Positions 62,133 through 64,000 of a DNA stretch of 64,000 bases are shown in pieces (position 1 is the first letter of the stretch; each line of letters starts with the position of its first letter). The notes under the pieces were generated by a model. It did no database searches. It saw only the letters and a list, made by a program, of their open reading frames with translations, and was not told where the DNA came from. Position numbers and translations under genes: made by a program. Origin of the DNA: Acidobacteriota bacterium (GTDB taxonomy: Bacteria > Acidobacteriota > Vicinamibacteria > Vicinamibacterales > JACQTH01); contig JACOUA010000329.1 of assembly GCA_016178075.1 (NCBI GenBank), forward strand, positions 3,539-67,538, written 5' to 3'.

Positions 62133-63041
62133 ATGAGACCTGTTCACATCATCGGCATCCCGCTGGATCTTGGCGCCGGACGCCGCGGCGTGGACATGGG
62201 ACCGTCCGCGGTACGGATCGCCGGCATTGGCGAGCGCGTTGCGGCGCTCGGCCACGCGGTCATCGACAAGGGCGACATCTCCGCGCCCACGCCGGAAACG
62301 TCCGACCGCGGCGACGAGCGGCGGAAGTACCTCCCGGACATCGCGGAGGTGTGCCGCAAGCTGTACCAGTCGTCGCTTGAGAGCTTGGAGGCGGGGGCGC
62401 TGCCGCTCGTGCTCGGGGGCGATCACAGCCTCGCCACCGGATCGGTGGCGGCCGCCGCCGCGTGGGCGCGCGCGCGCGGCAAGCCGCTCGGGCTGCTGTG
62501 GGTCGACGCGCACGGCGACATGAACACGCCGGCCACGACGACGAGCGGCAACGTCCATGGGATGCCACTCGCAGCGCTGGTCGGAGACGAGCCGGCGGAG
62601 CTCTCGGGCATCGGCGGCTTTTCACCGAAGGTCCTGCCCGACCACACGGTCCTGGTGGGCGTCCGCAACCTCGATCCGATCGAGAAGGATCGCGTGCTGA
62701 CGTCGAAGGTCCACGTCTTCACGATGAAGGACATCGACCGCGCCGGCGTCGCGGCCGTGGCCGAGCGGGCCATCGCGCTCGCCGGCCAGGGCACGGCCGG
62801 GATTCACGTCTCGTTCGACATGGACGTCTGCGACCCGACCATCGCGCCGGGCGTCGGGACGCCGGTCAAAGGTGGGCTCAACTACCGGGAGGCCCACATG
62901 GTGATGGAGCTCGTCGCCGATTCCGGGCTCCTGACGTCGATCGATCTCGTCGAGATCAATCCGATTCTCGACACCGAGAACTCCACCGCGCGTCTCGGCA
63001 CGGAGCTGCTGCTCTCGGCGCTGGGGATGAAGATCCTCTAG
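62133..63041 (+). CDS. rocF: Arginase
   Basis: LVLGGDHSLA, VDAHGDMNTP, SFDMDVCDP Mn-binding motifs. 302 aa. Confidence 0.9.
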   Translation: MRPVHIIGIPLDLGAGRRGVDMGPSAVRIAGIGERVAALGHAVIDKGDISAPTPETSDRGDERRKYLPDIAEVCRKLYQSSLESLEAGALPLVLGGDHSLATGSVAAAAAWARARGKPLGLLWVDAHGDMNTPATTTSGNVHGMPLAALVGDEPAELSGIGGFSPKVLPDHTVLVGVRNLDPIEKDRVLTSKVHVFTMKDIDRAGVAAVAERAIALAGQGTAGIHVSFDMDVCDPTIAPGVGTPVKGGLNYREAHMVMELVADSGLLTSIDLVEINPILDTENSTARLGTELLLSALGMKIL

Positions 63042-63179
63042 GCTGAAATCGGCCTTTTGGGGTGCTGCTTACTTTACGCGTATCGAGTTGGTCAATATGG
63101 TGAATACCGATGACTCCAAAGACAGCGGAACCCAAAAGAATTGTTCCTATGAGTCTAATCGGGCCGCCTTCGATACGCC

Positions 63180-63545
63180 TCACACGTTCAAAAGTCCGAG
63201 ACTGATCATCATCGCCTGGTCAACGCGTCTCATCGATTCCCGGTGAAGAGCACCAAGCCGTCGACCGAGCCGGCGCTTGTCGATAGTCCGGATTTGGTTC
63301 AGCAAAATGACGGAATCGACCGTGAAGCCGCCCTCCGGAGCATCGACCACCACACTCGTCGGTCCGCGGCGCTCAAGATTCGACGTGACTGCCGCAACAA
63401 TGGTCAGCGGGCTGTGCTCGTTGCCGATGTCGTTCTGCACAACCAGCGCCGGGCGCGTCTTTTGGATTTCAGCACCCAGCGCCGGGTCAAATGAGACCAG
63501 GTAGACATCACCGCGTCGAGGAATCAACGGTTTCCGCGTTGCCAT
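63180..63545 (-). CDS. mazF: Type II toxin, PemK/MazF family endoribonuclease
   Basis: RRGDVYLVSFDPALGAEIQKTRPALVVQND..PLTIVAAVTS. ATG at 63545 (MATRKP..) is preferred over the track start 63569. Confidence 0.87.
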   Translation of the reverse strand: MATRKPLIPRRGDVYLVSFDPALGAEIQKTRPALVVQNDIGNEHSPLTIVAAVTSNLERRGPTSVVVDAPEGGFTVDSVILLNQIRTIDKRRLGRRLGALHRESMRRVDQAMMISLGLLNV

Positions 63546-63769
63546 ACTTCTTCTTCCAGCGGGAACCACTCCTCGGCCAGCTTTAAGTCGAATTCACCAT
63601 TCATCCGGTAGCTTTCAATAAGTTGCGCCCGGACGTTCGCCCTTGTTTCCGTTTCTAAATAGCGTCGCACAGCACGATCAATCAGCCGGCTGCGCCGCCC
63701 CTTGCCGGCAACCCGATCCATCAACGCGACTGTCCGCTCCGGCAGCGTGATGTTGAGCCGTTTTGTCAT
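63524..63769 (-). CDS. Ribbon-helix-helix (CopG/MetJ-type) antitoxin
   Basis: MTKRLNITLPERTVALMDRVAGKGRRSRLIDRAVRRYLE is a typical RHH N-terminus. Lies upstream of, and overlaps, mazF. Confidence 0.82.
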   Translation of the reverse strand: MTKRLNITLPERTVALMDRVAGKGRRSRLIDRAVRRYLETETRANVRAQLIESYRMNGEFDLKLAEEWFPLEEEVWQRGNR

Positions 63770-63787
63770 TGGTTCACCTGACTTCAT

Positions 63788-63822
63788 AGGATACACATGA
63801 ATGATGTGTATTCAGGATACAC
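63788..63822. promoter_or_regulatory. Candidate TA operator: ATACACAT-gaatg-ATGTGTAT palindrome within direct AGGATACAC repeats
   Basis: Read directly. Lies 20-50 nt upstream of the antitoxin start, where RHH antitoxins usually autoregulate. Confidence 0.5.
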
Positions 63823-63889
63823 CGTGGGGGATGCAACCGGCCAGACAATCTTCAGCGACCATTGCCAAAGGCAACGAGGCCCGACAGAA

Positions 63890-64000
63890 TCAACGTCCGG
63901 CGGCTCGTGGTGAAAACCCCTCCTTCATGCCGGACCTGATCCTAAAGAGGTACACAACATCTCGATCCGCCCGGACGGCTTGACCGGCGGGTTGGGTTGA
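63890..64000 (-). CDS. 3' end of a gene entering from the right edge; C-terminus weakly resembles a RelE/ParE-family toxin
   Basis: Not in the track (edge-truncated). Reverse frame reads ..GQAVRADRDVVYLFRIRSGMKEGFSPRAAGR*. The ..D..VVYL.RI..G.. ending resembles ParE/RelE C-termini. Only 36 codons are visible. Confidence 0.25.
   Translation of the reverse strand, partial: STQPAGQAVRADRDVVYLFRIRSGMKEGFSPRAAGR

Noticed and set aside
59213-62558. 493-aa (59213..60694) and 562-aa (60870..62558) minus-strand ORFs
   Set aside because: They are antisense shadows of hemY and of the response regulator, O-methyltransferase and arginase genes.
63042-63070. Weak hairpin plus TTTT after arginase (AGGC-tgaaatcg-GCCT TTT)
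   Set aside because: The stem is only about 4 bp, too weak to call a terminator with confidence.
62956-63183. 75-aa minus-strand ORF starting with GTG in a GTGA overlap with the mazF stop; its first 35 aa contain a TM-like segment (IRLIGTILLGSAVFGVIGI)
   Set aside because: The second half is antisense to the arginase 3' end and looks like filler. There is no RBS and no recognisable family. A third gene in the TA operon is possible but unsupported.
1-64000. tRNA, rRNA, tmRNA or CRISPR loci
   Set aside because: I inspected all spacers longer than 60 nt. They are filled by hairpin or palindromic repeats, and none shows cloverleaf-compatible arms or rRNA-like sequence.

Overview
GC-rich bacterial chromosomal segment. 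By inference from protein families (CarboxypepD_reg-type TonB-dependent receptors, a TIGR03436-like VWA protein, a fused spermidine-synthase/TPR protein) it is Acidobacteria-like. I call about 57 protein genes and found no rRNA, tRNA or CRISPR array. Gene content is mostly housekeeping: der, ihf/hu, priA, udg, coaBC-rpoZ-gmk-yicC, hflX, tsaC, glpX, nifS-mnmA, trxB-trxA, glgA, hemE-hemY, arginase. There is also an 11.5-kb surface-polysaccharide cluster (five GT4/GT2 genes, priming sugar transferase, galE, ugd, UDP-xylose synthase), two tandem TonB-dependent receptor paralogues, an orphan beta-class DNA methyltransferase and a MazEF-type toxin-antitoxin locus at the right edge. Four observations stand out. 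(1) A signal-peptide PrxQ/BCP peroxiredoxin is split by the ORF track at an in-frame TGA exactly where the peroxidatic Cys belongs (SPG-TGA-TKE). A hairpin follows 10 nt downstream, so this is a likely selenocysteine recoding event. (2) Almost every intergenic spacer holds a long hairpin whose arms are tandem degenerate heptamers. The heptamer word differs between loci (CAGTTYT, CAGCTNT, GATTGRC, GGGATTC, GAGAAGT, AGGCTNN, GAGCCNT). Most words carry a stop triplet, so the 7-nt period closes all three reading frames. (3) A GC-rich palindromic repeat is translated in-frame inside several genes (gmk, two glycosyltransferases, two hypothetical proteins), resembling Rickettsia RPEs. (4) TTA-flanked hairpin elements have a shared core but locus-specific arms. 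One of them is inserted exactly between two convergent stop codons. Coordinates of non-coding features were read by eye and may be off by 1-3 nt. Many long ORFs in the track are antisense shadows of real genes in this GC-rich DNA.
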